Notes: a model not told the origin generated them from the letters alone. A stretch of DNA of 64,000 nt from an uncultured delta proteobacterium (GCA_963803975.1 CAWDOY010000017.1:649-64648); one strand, 5' to 3'. Numbered from the stretch's first letter, positions 49,066 to 59,500 are shown. Program-made: numbers and translations.

Positions 49066-51196
49066 TCACTTGTCAGCATGGTTCAGCTTGGCAAGCATCT
49101 GTTCAATAAGGGCTTTGTGCGGATAATCTGGGTCAATGGCCAGCACCTGCTTAAAATGATACCGAGCCTGGTTCTGCTCTTCCGGGAACAGCATGTATGC
49201 CGCAGCTATATTAAAATGGGCTTCTACATAGGACGGATTAAGGTCAAGGGCCTTTTTATACTCTTGGATGGCGTTACGCGGCTTACCGATATTGAAAAAA
49301 ACAATCCCGGTATTTAAATAGATCTCAGGGGATGAAGGGCGGAGCGTGGCAGCTTTCGTCAGAAACGGCAAGGCCTTATCAAAAAGTTTTTGTTTAATAT
49401 ATAACAGGGCGATATTATTCAGGGCCTCATAATTTGATGCATCAAAGGAAAGGGCTGTTTCGTAATGCTTGAAAGCACTGGCAACGTCCCCCTCCTGCAT
49501 ATAAAAGAGCCCGAGCGCATTATGCACGTAACTGCTGTGGGGGGCTAACGGTAAGGCTGTCTGGTATTCAGCAAGAGCTTTTTGCTTATCCCCCTGATCA
49601 TTATACACCAGCCCCCTGTTCAAATAAGCTTGTGCGAAGTCCGGTTTGATTTCAAGTGCTTTTCGAAACCATGCCAATGCCTTTACATAGTCACCGGTTT
49701 CCCTGCAAATCATGCCGATATTATTGCAGGTCTCTGCAGAACGCGTATTGAGGGTAAGGACTTTTTCATAGGCAGCCAGCGCCGGTGCATATTCCTTCTT
49801 CAATGAGTAGGCAAGCCCGAGGTTGCCGTATGCTTTTTCAGCCGCCGGGTTGAGCTTAAGAGCCCGGTTCAAATAGTTTATGGCGTCGTCATATTTTTTT
49901 TCTCTTATCTGAGCAGATCCCAGGTTGTTTAATGCGGTCACAGAGTTTGGCGATTTTTTTACCGTGTCACTCCATACTGATACATCATTCTGCCATATAC
50001 GGTTTCTCTCCACCGTTAACAGGCTATATAGTATTACTATAAACACAGCAATTCCATACCCCAGATTCCTTTTTTTACCCTGCCCTGACGCAGCAATGCC
50101 CGCAGAGTATCGACTACACGCGACAGACAGCATGAGACAAAACCCGATGCTCGCCCCGTACAGCCGGTGCTCTAAAATCGGCACCCCCATCCATATAACA
50201 CCGCTCACCGGGAGAAGATATATTAGTATCCACAACATGCCGAACGCAACTTCACGGTAAAATTTTCTCCATACTCCGCCAATAATAAAGCACACCAGAA
50301 ACAGGTAACACGGGATAAACCGGGGACTTAAAAAAGCTTCTTTAAAAGGTATGGAGGGAGCTACCGTAAGATTGACGGGAAAAAAGAGCACCTTCAGATA
50401 ATAGCAATACACGGCCAGTGGTGTCGTCAAGGCAGTTGCTATGCTGGCGGTTTGCAGCTCAAACCGGGAGCCCAGGTCAGTGAAAGCCAGACGCCTGAGC
50501 AGAAGAAAACAGAGCACAACGACCCCCAGAAGCCCATAGACAAATACCGTTTCACCGCGCCGCTGTCTGCTCCATGAGTCTTTCTGATAAAAGAAGTCAA
50601 TCAGAGCGAGAAGCGGCACCATGACGATTGCCGTTTCCTTGGTCAGAAGGGAGCAGGCAAAACTGCAACAGGAAAGTGCATAACAGCCCGTTTTGCTGTA
50701 GGGCTCCTGTGTCTGGCGGGCCTGCAGTAAAAAAACGAGCGACAGCAAAAAAAACAACATCATAAGCGGGTCATTTCTTCCTGCTATCCAGGAAACAGCT
50801 TCGGTCTGCACCGGATGGGTGGCAAATAGCGCGGCGGTAAGCACTGCGATGTTAGAAGAAAATCCGAGATTAAGGATAAACCAGCACACAAGAGCGGTGT
50901 TGAGGAGATGCAGCAGGAGATTGGTTATATGAAATCCCAGCGGATTGATCCCCCATATATAATAATCGAAAAAAAATGAAGCCCAGAGCAGCGGCCGGTA
51001 ATAGGGGGTTTGCTGCAAAATGAGGACTGAAAAACAGCGATGATAAATTTCCAATGTCTTCAAAATATTCAACTTGTGCGGCAATAAGCCCGCTATCATC
51101 CCAGACAAAACCGCCGTTGAGTGAATTTGCGTATACCACGACCGTGAGAGCAAGAACTGCTATAATTTTATTTGACGGATACTGGAATATTTTCAC
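49066..51196 (-). pseudogene. TMTC-like GT-C membrane protein (DUF1736-type N-terminal domain) with C-terminal TPR array; N-terminal 50 codons in different frame (shift at C5/G5 run ~51005-51009)
   Basis: N-term fragment MKIFQYPSNKIIAVLALTVVVYANSLNGGFVWDDSGLI (ORF 51196-50870) continues as ...YYRPLLWASFFFDYYIWGINPLGFHITNLLLH in main ORF; C-terminal ~9 TPR repeats. Confidence 0.6.
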
Positions 51197-51295
51197 GGTA
51201 TCAAAACTATATGTGATACGTTTTTATTTTTTGGGTCTGCGAAGCCGGGCCTTGGTGATATGTTTTAGGAACAGCATCAGCAGGAATGGGCAGTT

Positions 51296-53008
51296 CTATT
51301 GCGGCAGACAAATAATAAAGCTCGCTCCATGGCCGGTACTGCTGACAACAGAAATAGTGCCGCCAAGTTCCTCAATAATACGATACACAATCGAAAGACC
51401 GAGTCCGGTGCCGCGCTCTTTTGTGGTATAAAAGGGTTCAAAAATTTTATCCTGTTCACTCTCGCCAATCCCGCATCCGCTATCCCTGACTATTATCTCT
51501 ACCTTGGTTTTAGGGCTTGCACCGGGGGCAGCGGGCTTTAATGCGCGTGCTGCGGTTAAACCGCCTGCCGTATAATGAGCAGTAAGGGTTATTTCTCCAC
51601 GGTCATCATTGATTGCCTGTGCTGCATTTATAAGGAGATTCCATAGCACCTGCTTGAACTGCTGGGGATCTGCCTTAAAATAGATATCTTCACTGATGTT
51701 CTGGCTGATGGTGATATTGCCCCGGCACTCAGCGCTGTTATGAAACAGCTGCAGGGTTTCCTCGACCAGGGTCTTAAACTGAATCGGCTCCTTTTTCTGT
51801 GTGTTAGGCCGGGCAAACTGGAGAAAGTTGGAGATCAGTCCATTCAGGTTGTCACTCTCGCGTAATACAATATCCATCAGGCGTTTATCACTATCGCTCA
51901 AGCTGAGATTTTTCTGCAGCACCTGAACAGAACCCCTGATGGAAGCCAGGGGATTTCGAACCTCATGGGCTATTCCTGCGGCAAGCCGCCCAATCGCAGC
52001 CAGGCGGTCCATGCGTTTCACATACTCTTCCATTTCTTTTAGCAGGGTTAAATCCTGAAATGCTAAAATGTTGCCGATCTCCTGTCCCGTTCCATCTTTA
52101 AGAATAGAAGATGAAATTCCCAGCTGCAGCACCCTGCCGTCAGCCTTGGTAAAGGGTGCTTCAAAACGTACGGGGATATTACCATCGGTTTGATTGCCGG
52201 TGATATGGTAGGGCATTGTGCTGTCGCCAAAAATCTCGGTGACATGGCGTTTATATATCTGCGCCTGGGAAAATCCCGTTATCTGTTCGGCAGCTTTGTT
52301 CAAGGTAATAATGTGCCCCTCGGTATCAAGGGTGAGCAACCCGCTATTGATGCTTTGAATAATATTTTCATTGAGCGCTTCAAGCGTTTTAATATCGATC
52401 TGCTTTTCTTTCAGCTGAAGCTTTGATTTGCGCGCCTGTTCAGAAACAAAGCTGCTGAGGAGAGCAACCAGGTAAAATGCCGTAATATTAACAATAACCG
52501 GGTATACCAGAGGTTCCTCCGAGTACCCACGCGCAATAAAGGCGGATATTTGCAGCGGATGAATAATGCCGAAATATTGAAAACTTACCAGCAGGCTGTA
52601 GCAAAAACTTGCTCCGGTAGCAGCGAGAAGGCTTCCTGAGCGGTACAGCAGGATGCTGGCAGAAATGATGGAGATACTGTACATAAAGGGAAAAATGCTA
52701 TTGACGCCACCGGTTATAAAAAGCAGGGCTGTGATCAGAAGGATGTCCATCATGATCTGGAAATAGCAGAACAGTTTTAAATTGATTATCTTATAGATGA
52801 GGCTTGCATAGATAAAGGTAAGGACAAAGATCCCGGCAGTAAGACCGTACAGACAGATAAGATACGGGGCAAGATATGATTCACTGCGCTGCAGTTGGGC
52901 GATGATGGCAATTCCCAGGAAAAAAGACGCAACCATGACCCTGCACAGCATGAGCCACTGAAGCCTCTTCTGAAACTCTTCCTTTATATCTGCTGGATTT
53001 TTATTCAT
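51296..53008 (-). CDS. sensor histidine kinase with 6-TM N-terminal domain, PAS, HisKA, HATPase (PilS-like architecture)
   Basis: H-box AAGIAHEVRNPL; G-boxes DSGCGI..GTGLGLSIV; N-terminal polytopic region as in PilS. Confidence 0.8.
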   Translation of the reverse strand: MNKNPADIKEEFQKRLQWLMLCRVMVASFFLGIAIIAQLQRSESYLAPYLICLYGLTAGIFVLTFIYASLIYKIINLKLFCYFQIMMDILLITALLFITGGVNSIFPFMYSISIISASILLYRSGSLLAATGASFCYSLLVSFQYFGIIHPLQISAFIARGYSEEPLVYPVIVNITAFYLVALLSSFVSEQARKSKLQLKEKQIDIKTLEALNENIIQSINSGLLTLDTEGHIITLNKAAEQITGFSQAQIYKRHVTEIFGDSTMPYHITGNQTDGNIPVRFEAPFTKADGRVLQLGISSSILKDGTGQEIGNILAFQDLTLLKEMEEYVKRMDRLAAIGRLAAGIAHEVRNPLASIRGSVQVLQKNLSLSDSDKRLMDIVLRESDNLNGLISNFLQFARPNTQKKEPIQFKTLVEETLQLFHNSAECRGNITISQNISEDIYFKADPQQFKQVLWNLLINAAQAINDDRGEITLTAHYTAGGLTAARALKPAAPGASPKTKVEIIVRDSGCGIGESEQDKIFEPFYTTKERGTGLGLSIVYRIIEELGGTISVVSSTGHGASFIICLPQ

Positions 53009-53031
53009 TGCCGGAGCTCGTCGCTGCAGGG

Positions 53032-54453
53032 TTAGGGTTTCAATGTCTGTTCATTAAACTTGCCTTTTTCCAGCCGGTACCGCATGGAGCGAAATGAGAT
53101 TCCCAAAAGTTTAGCAGCACCCGTAATAGACCCTTTTGACAATTTTAACGCTTCGGTAATATATTCCTTTTCATAGCGTTCCAGTATCTCATCAAGCTGC
53201 ACCCCTTCAGGCGGAATCAATACTTTTTTCTGATCTGCGGTTGGGAATTTTTCCTGTTCTTCTGCCTTAAATTTTGAAAGCTCCAGACTCTCCGGGAGCA
53301 TGATACTGGTATTAGCCAGGGCTACTCCCTTCTCGATGATGTTTTCCAGTTCGCGCACATTGCCGGGAAAGGAATACTGCAACAGACAGTCCATGGAATA
53401 GGACGAGATTTCGGTAACCTGTTTGCCGAGTTCCTGGGCATATTTTCTGAGGAAGAAGTTAGCGAGCAGCGGTATATCATCTTTGCGTTCCCGCAGCGGC
53501 GGAATATGCAGGTGAATGACATTGAGCCGGTAGTAGAGGTCCTCCCTGAAGGTGCCTTCAATAACCTTTTTTTCAAGGTCCTTATTGGTTGCAGATATTA
53601 TGCGCACATCCACTTTTACTTCCTCCGTACCGCCCACCGGCATGAAGGTTTTTTCCTGCACTACTCTGAGCAGTTTTACCTGGAGAGAAAGCGGCAGTTC
53701 CCCTGCTTCATCCAGGAAAACGGTTCCCCCGTCTGCCACCTCAAAAAATCCCTTTTTATTAATAGTAGCGCCGGTGAATGCACCTTTTTTATAGCCAAAC
53801 AGCTCGCTTTCAAGAAGCGCTTCGGGGATTCCTCCGCAATTTATGGGAACAAACGGCAGGGCGCTGCGCGGGCTCTGTGCGTGGATTGCCTTTGCTACCA
53901 GCTCTTTGCCGGTCCCGCTTTCTCCGGTTATGAGGACATTTGTTTTTGATGTGGCGGCCCGCGGGATGATGTCAAATATCTTTTTCATTTCCGGACTGGC
54001 GCCCAGTAAATGTTCAAACTGCGGTACCCCGTCTCCTGCGTGCGGGATTTTTGACAGCGCCCCCAATTCCCTGTCTGCTGGAGCCTGTTCTGCTCTCTGG
54101 GCAAGAGCTGCTTCAATTTTTTTCTTTACCTCTTCAACATCAAAGGGCTTGGTAATATAATCGTATGCCTCCTTTTTCATTGACTCTTTTGCCGTTTCAA
54201 ATGAGGCAAAAGCGGTAATCATGAGAAAGATAGTTTCCGGGGAAAATTCCTTTACCTTGTTCAGGAGGCTGATGCCGTCCATGCGCGGCATTTTAATATC
54301 TGCGATGACCACATCAAAAGGCATTTTTTTGCAGTACGCTAAGGCTGTTTCGCCATCTGCGGCGGTCATCACCTCATATCCTTCCCGCTGCAGGTAGATC
54401 TCGAGCATTTCCCGTATTCCCTGTTCATCATCTACAATCAAAAGCCTCGGCAT
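53032..54453 (-). CDS. sigma54-dependent response regulator (NtrC family; PilR-like)
   Basis: REC domain (DDE..D..K), AAA+ GESGTGKE, GAFTGA motif, C-terminal HTH. Confidence 0.9.
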   Translation of the reverse strand: MPRLLIVDDEQGIREMLEIYLQREGYEVMTAADGETALAYCKKMPFDVVIADIKMPRMDGISLLNKVKEFSPETIFLMITAFASFETAKESMKKEAYDYITKPFDVEEVKKKIEAALAQRAEQAPADRELGALSKIPHAGDGVPQFEHLLGASPEMKKIFDIIPRAATSKTNVLITGESGTGKELVAKAIHAQSPRSALPFVPINCGGIPEALLESELFGYKKGAFTGATINKKGFFEVADGGTVFLDEAGELPLSLQVKLLRVVQEKTFMPVGGTEEVKVDVRIISATNKDLEKKVIEGTFREDLYYRLNVIHLHIPPLRERKDDIPLLANFFLRKYAQELGKQVTEISSYSMDCLLQYSFPGNVRELENIIEKGVALANTSIMLPESLELSKFKAEEQEKFPTADQKKVLIPPEGVQLDEILERYEKEYITEALKLSKGSITGAAKLLGISFRSMRYRLEKGKFNEQTLKP

Positions 54454-54634
54454 AATGCATATTCTCCTGTGGTTATGCGCGGTACCCGGAGGTAATACGT
54501 GTAGTTTATCATCGGATTTTTTCTGTCAAACTGAAACAAATGCAGGGTACTGCTCAGAGGTTGCAAGCGTCTCTTGTATGAAACCGTAAGGGAGAAGGAC
54601 TGTGTGTGCACGGGGCGTGACAGAAACAAGCACC

Positions 54635-55930
54635 TCAGCTTTTTGCCTGAAAGACAATTGTTCCTGAAACCATAGTATATATAACGCGGCCCGTAAGTCG
54701 CCACCCGTGGAAAGGGGAATTTCTGCTTTTTGATTTGAATGAGGTAACATCAATCGTATGCTCCGCGTCCATATCGACAATGGTAATATCAGCATCAGCC
54801 CCTTCACACAGGCGGCCCTTGTCGAGAGCAAGAATTGCTGCAGGATTGACGGTCAATTTTTCCAGTGCCTGGGTGAGGCTCATAACCTGCTGTCTGACCA
54901 GGCTGAGCGTGAGCGCAAGAGCTGTTTCCAGCCCGATGATGCCAAAGGCTGCGGTGTCGTATTCCACATCTTTTTCCAGCGATGAATGGGGCGCGTGGTC
55001 ACTGGCAATAACGTCAATGGTTCCGTCCCGAAGCCCTTCTTTTATAGCTTCCACATCTTTTTCCGAGCGCAGCGGCGGGTTTATTTTGGTGTTCGTATCA
55101 AACGTGCGCACCGCTTCTTCAGTTAAGGTAAAATAGTGGGGGGCTGTTTCAGCCGTTATCTTTACGCCACGTGCTTTGGCCTCCCTGATAATCTGTACCG
55201 AACCGGCAGTGCTCACATGGGCAATGTGGACCGGGTGTCTGGTCCATGCAGACAACGCAATATCCCGAGCCACAATAATCTCCTCTGCAATGGGCGGTAT
55301 CCCCCTCAGCCCCAACAATGCCGAGGTGACGCCTTCATGCATGACTCCGCCGCTCGAAAGGTCATCCTCTTCGCAGTGGCAGATGACCGGCAGGGAAAAG
55401 TTTCGGGCATATTCCAGGCCGCGGCGCATTATCCCGGCATTCTTAACCGTATGCCCGTCATCTGACAGGGCAACAACGCCTGCCCCCTTAAGATCACCGA
55501 TTTCCGCCAGCTCTTCTCCCTTGAGCCCCCTGGTGAGGGCACCAACCGGATAGATGTTGACGCATGCTTCCTTGCGCGCTTTTTCCAGGATAAATTCGGT
55601 AACTGCTGCGGAATCGTTTGGCGGACTGGTGTTGGCCATGCATACCAGGCTGGTAAACCCGCCGGCTGCTCCTGCACGAGAGCCGGTTTGTATGGTTTCC
55701 TTGTATTCATGTCCGGGCTCGCGCAGATGGGTGTGCATATCAATAAGGCCGGGCATAACCACAAGACCCGTAGCATCAAGCACTGAAACTTCTTCTGTGC
55801 CGGAACCTGCAGCGGGAGTTAATCCCCGTGCCAGCGCGCGGATCTTTCCCCCTTCAACCAGAATGTCTATAATGTCATCAAGTCCCGAGGCCGGATCTAA
55901 CACTCGTCCGTTCTTAATAAGAAGTGCCAT
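54635..55930 (-). CDS. pyrC: dihydroorotase (multifunctional-complex type)
   Basis: PGLIDMHTHLREPG...; 431 aa; adjacent to pyrB. Confidence 0.9.
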   Translation of the reverse strand: MALLIKNGRVLDPASGLDDIIDILVEGGKIRALARGLTPAAGSGTEEVSVLDATGLVVMPGLIDMHTHLREPGHEYKETIQTGSRAGAAGGFTSLVCMANTSPPNDSAAVTEFILEKARKEACVNIYPVGALTRGLKGEELAEIGDLKGAGVVALSDDGHTVKNAGIMRRGLEYARNFSLPVICHCEEDDLSSGGVMHEGVTSALLGLRGIPPIAEEIIVARDIALSAWTRHPVHIAHVSTAGSVQIIREAKARGVKITAETAPHYFTLTEEAVRTFDTNTKINPPLRSEKDVEAIKEGLRDGTIDVIASDHAPHSSLEKDVEYDTAAFGIIGLETALALTLSLVRQQVMSLTQALEKLTVNPAAILALDKGRLCEGADADITIVDMDAEHTIDVTSFKSKSRNSPFHGWRLTGRVIYTMVSGTIVFQAKS

Positions 55931-55972
55931 ACAAAGTCCTTACTAGGTAAAAAGCTGTCAGCAGGTGCGGCA

Positions 55973-56890
55973 TTACTTGCCGATCAGCAGGTAGAGAAGC
56001 GCCATTCTCACTGCCACGCCGTTGGTAACCTGATCCAGAATAATGGAGTACGGGCCATCTGCAACGTCAGGGGAAATCTCAACGCCACGGTTAAGAGGGC
56101 CCGGATGCATGATCAGGACATCAGGTTTTGCCCGTTGCAGTTTTTCCCTGTTTAAGCCAAAAAACCGCGCGTATTCCCGCACGGTCGGAAACAGCCCGTG
56201 CTGCTGACGCTCAAGCTGAATTCTCAGCATCATGATAACATCTGCATCACGGATAGCTTCCCCGATATCGGGAATGAAGGATACACCTAACGCCTCAATG
56301 TGCGGGGGCACCATCGTATACGGGCCGGACAACCTCACCTCCGCCCCCATCTTCTGGAGCAGGGCTATGTTAGACCGGGCCACCCTGCTATGGGTTATAT
56401 CTCCTATGATAGCCACCGTGATGCCTGCAAGCGTCTTCTTCTTTTCCCGGATGGTAAAGGCATCCAAGAGCGCCTGGGTGGGATGTTCATGTGCTCCATC
56501 GCCCGCATTAATCACCGGGACCGGCAGCGCATCAGCGAGAATTTTAGGGGCGCCGGCAGCGGCATGGCGGATAACAATGAGATCCGGATTCATGGCCTGG
56601 AGATTCCTGCCGGTGTCTTTCAGCGTCTCTCCCTTGGTCGTGCTGCTGGTAGCGGAAGAGATGTTAATAACATCAGCGCTGAGCCGTTTACCGGCAATTT
56701 CAAATGAAGTCCTGGTGCGGGTGCTTGGTTCGTAGAAAAGATTGATTACCGTTTTTCCCCGCAGGGTGGGCACCTTTTTTATATCTCTGGTAGAAATTTC
56801 TTTCATCGATTCTGCAGTATCCAGGATGAAAAGGATTTCTTCCGGGGAAAGGTCGCGGATGGCGAGAAGATCTTTATTTCTGAGTTCCAT
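55973..56890 (-). CDS. pyrB: aspartate carbamoyltransferase catalytic subunit
   Basis: STRTR carbamoyl-phosphate motif, HPTQ, HPGP. Confidence 0.95.
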   Translation of the reverse strand: MELRNKDLLAIRDLSPEEILFILDTAESMKEISTRDIKKVPTLRGKTVINLFYEPSTRTRTSFEIAGKRLSADVINISSATSSTTKGETLKDTGRNLQAMNPDLIVIRHAAAGAPKILADALPVPVINAGDGAHEHPTQALLDAFTIREKKKTLAGITVAIIGDITHSRVARSNIALLQKMGAEVRLSGPYTMVPPHIEALGVSFIPDIGEAIRDADVIMMLRIQLERQQHGLFPTVREYARFFGLNREKLQRAKPDVLIMHPGPLNRGVEISPDVADGPYSIILDQVTNGVAVRMALLYLLIGK

Positions 56891-56893
56891 ATA

Positions 56894-57439
56894 TTATGCC
56901 GCCTTTTTAACGATGACCTGATCTATCTGGTCATCCTCTTCCAGAAAGACTTCAATCTGCTCGTCCGCGGTAGTAGAGATCGCTTTCCCCACATAGTTCG
57001 CCTGGATCGGCAGTTCGCGATGGCCCCGATCTATGAGCACGGCCAGCTGTATGGACATAGGTCTTCCCAGGTCAATAATACCATCAAGGGCGGCACGAAT
57101 TGTTCTTCCGGTGTAGAGGACATCATCGCACAGAATAATTCGTTTGCCCTTTACGGAAAACGGGATTTCGGTCTTTTTTAAGACTGGCTGCGCGTCAATT
57201 TCAGAAAGATCATCCCGATACAGGGTTATGTCAAGAGCCCCCACCGGCACCGGGACCCCGGTAATATCATGTAGCTTTTGTGAAAGACGCTGGGCAATGG
57301 CAACGCCTCTGCGGCGAATGCCAATCAGCACTAAATGTTCCATGCCCCGGCTTCTCTCCGAAATCTCATGCGCTATGCGGGTGAGAGTTCTGTTAATATC
57401 CTGTTTATCTAAAACTATTTTTGTCTGCATAGTAGCCAT
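56894..57439 (-). CDS. pyrR: bifunctional pyrimidine regulatory protein PyrR / uracil phosphoribosyltransferase
   Basis: VLIGIRRRGVAIA, PRTase motif ILCDDVLYTGRTIRAAL. Confidence 0.9.
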   Translation of the reverse strand: MATMQTKIVLDKQDINRTLTRIAHEISERSRGMEHLVLIGIRRRGVAIAQRLSQKLHDITGVPVPVGALDITLYRDDLSEIDAQPVLKKTEIPFSVKGKRIILCDDVLYTGRTIRAALDGIIDLGRPMSIQLAVLIDRGHRELPIQANYVGKAISTTADEQIEVFLEEDDQIDQVIVKKAA

Positions 57440-57448
57440 AGTGCCCTC

Positions 57449-57483
57449 AAAAAAAAGGCCTTCCCTTTAATTAAGGAAGGCCT
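57449..57483 (-). terminator. strong intrinsic terminator in pyrR leader (11-bp stem GGCCTTCCCTT/AAGGGAAGGCC, 5-nt loop, U8) ending 9 nt before RBS; candidate PyrR-controlled attenuator
   Basis: Seen directly; minus-sense: hairpin-TTTTTTTT-GAGGG-N5-ATG. Confidence 0.6.
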
Positions 57484-57913
57484 TCTACTACGTATAGTAT
57501 ATAAGCAACCATATGGATTATGTCAGGTATCTTAGATTTGATGTGTGCTGTTTGTTATTGTTAGGGCACGTTAGCATAGACATTGCGCAAGGTCAAGAAA
57601 AAACCGACAGGAAAAACCGCCTGAACTTTTATTCTGCCGGTGATAACAAGGAGGCGCGCTAGGGCAGCAGCCGTAATCGTATTCCTTTCACTGCGGTCAT
57701 GCCGCTTGTAGGTTTTCTATGCCGTAATTTTGGGGAAATTTTTGAAAACACTATTAGCTTGATATTTAACAGGCTCTGTCTTATTTATACTGAGTAGACT
57801 GCCTGGATAAAGCTGGAGATGGGTACTGTCAACTCCTGCACGCGCAGGACGGAGAGCCTGGTAAGGCTCGATTTTCCAGACAGGCCCATGGCATAAAAGA
57901 TCAAGCATCCCGT

Positions 57914-59189
57914 ATGCACATAAAGCATCTGCATTTTCTTGAACATATTGAGATTCCGGAACTTACCGAGTGTGAATGGAACTATCCCTGCCCTTCTCTG
58001 CCCGCGGTTGAAGAGGAATTAACACGGCAGATCAGCACCTCTTCTCTGGCGGCAAGAATTAAGCCGGGAGACCGCATAGCAGTGACTGCCGGCAGCCGCG
58101 GCATAGCCCGCATTGATACCATTCTCGCCGTAATCTGCAAGGAAGTAAAAAGGCTCGGTGCTCATCCGTTTATTATCTCTGCCATGGGCAGTCATGGGGG
58201 TGCTACCGAGGAAGGCCAGCGGGAAATACTGAATGGTTATAACATCACGCCGGAGCGGATCGGCGCGCCGGTTGTCTGTGCAACCACTGTGGTTGAAATC
58301 GGCAGAACCCCGGACGGGATGCCGGTATTCTTTGATGAAGAAGCGCTCAAGGCTGACGGGCTCATTGTTGTCAACCGTATCAAGTCTCACACCAGCTTTC
58401 AATCAGCAACCGAGAGCGGTATTCTGAAAATGCTCGCAGTCGGGCTTGGTAAAGACCGGGGAGCCCGCCATATCCACCAGCTGGGCACGCGGGGTCTTAA
58501 ACAGGGCATTCCCCAGGCAGCACGCATTATTATGGACACGGTACCCGTGCTGCTTGGCATCGGGATAATTGAAAACGCCCGGGGCAGTATTGCCGTCATT
58601 GAAGCCCTGGAGCCGGAGCAGATAGAGGCTGCAGAAGAGCGGCTGCTTCAGCAGGCAAAAGCTCTGATGCCGATGATTCCATTCAACAAGGTGGATGTTC
58701 TCATTGTTGCTGAGATGGGGAAGAACATCAGCGGCACCGGAATGGATACCACGGTAATCGGCAGAAGAATGATCAGCGGGGAGCCGGAGCCCGCGTGCCC
58801 GCAGCATAGCGAGAATTGCGGTACTGGACCTCTCCCCGGGCTCCTATGGAAATGCAACCGGTCTTGGTTTGGCTGATATTATCACCCGGCAGTTGTATGA
58901 CAAAATTGATTTTGCCAAGACCTGGTTAAATATCATCAGCTCAACCTTTATCGAGCGGGCAAAAATCCCCATCACCATGCCCACCGATAAAACAGCCATT
59001 CAGCTTGCTCTCATGACCTGCTGGGTAGCGCAGCCCGGTAAAGCGCGGGTGGTATTGATAAAAAACACCGCTTCCCTGGGGAGATTGTATATCTCAAAAC
59101 CGCTGGCAGCTGAAGCCCGGCAGGTTGCCCGCCTGCACTGTGCGGAGCGCTTCGTGCCGCCTGCATTCACCATGCAGGCATACGCTTGA
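57914..59189 (+). pseudogene. DUF362 / LarA_N-like domain protein, apparently frameshifted near 58775-58800 (ORFs 57914-58876 and 58869-59189; second frame open from 58773)
   Basis: ...ADGLIVVNRIKSHTSFQSATESGILKMLAVGLGKDRGARH pattern; second frame continues IAVLDLSPGSYGNATGLGLADIITRQLYD. Confidence 0.4.
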
Positions 59190-59421
59190 AAACTATTTTT
59201 AACAGCAAAAAGGGGCGGTCGTTTCCCGGCAGCCCAATCAAGCTCACCTGACGTCGCGCTGTTCAATCAAGAGCGTCCTTGACAACAAAGCCGGCATCAG
59301 GTATTACGCTCCTGCTGTTTACCACGCCGGCACCCGTGCCAGGCGCCTAAACTTCTTGACACTCGGGTCTAAAAATATTAGTCTTATTGAATAGATAGTG
59401 TTTAACACCTGCGCACCATAC

Positions 59422-59500
59422 GCGAGAGTGGCGGAATGGCAGACGCACTGGAATTAGGATCCAGCGGGAAACCGTGGGGGTTCGACTCCCCCCTCTCGCA
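59422..59500 (+). tRNA. tRNA-Leu (anticodon TAG), type II with 11-nt variable arm, CCA not encoded
   Basis: Hand-folded: acceptor GCGAGAG/CTCTCGC, anticodon stem CTGGA/TCCAG loop ATTAGGA, T-arm GGGGG TTCGACT CCCCC. Confidence 0.75.

Noticed and set aside
57717-57908. 63-aa ORF on minus strand between pyrR leader and the DUF362 gene
   Set aside because: No RBS, no recognisable domain, lies in a divergent promoter region; likely non-coding.
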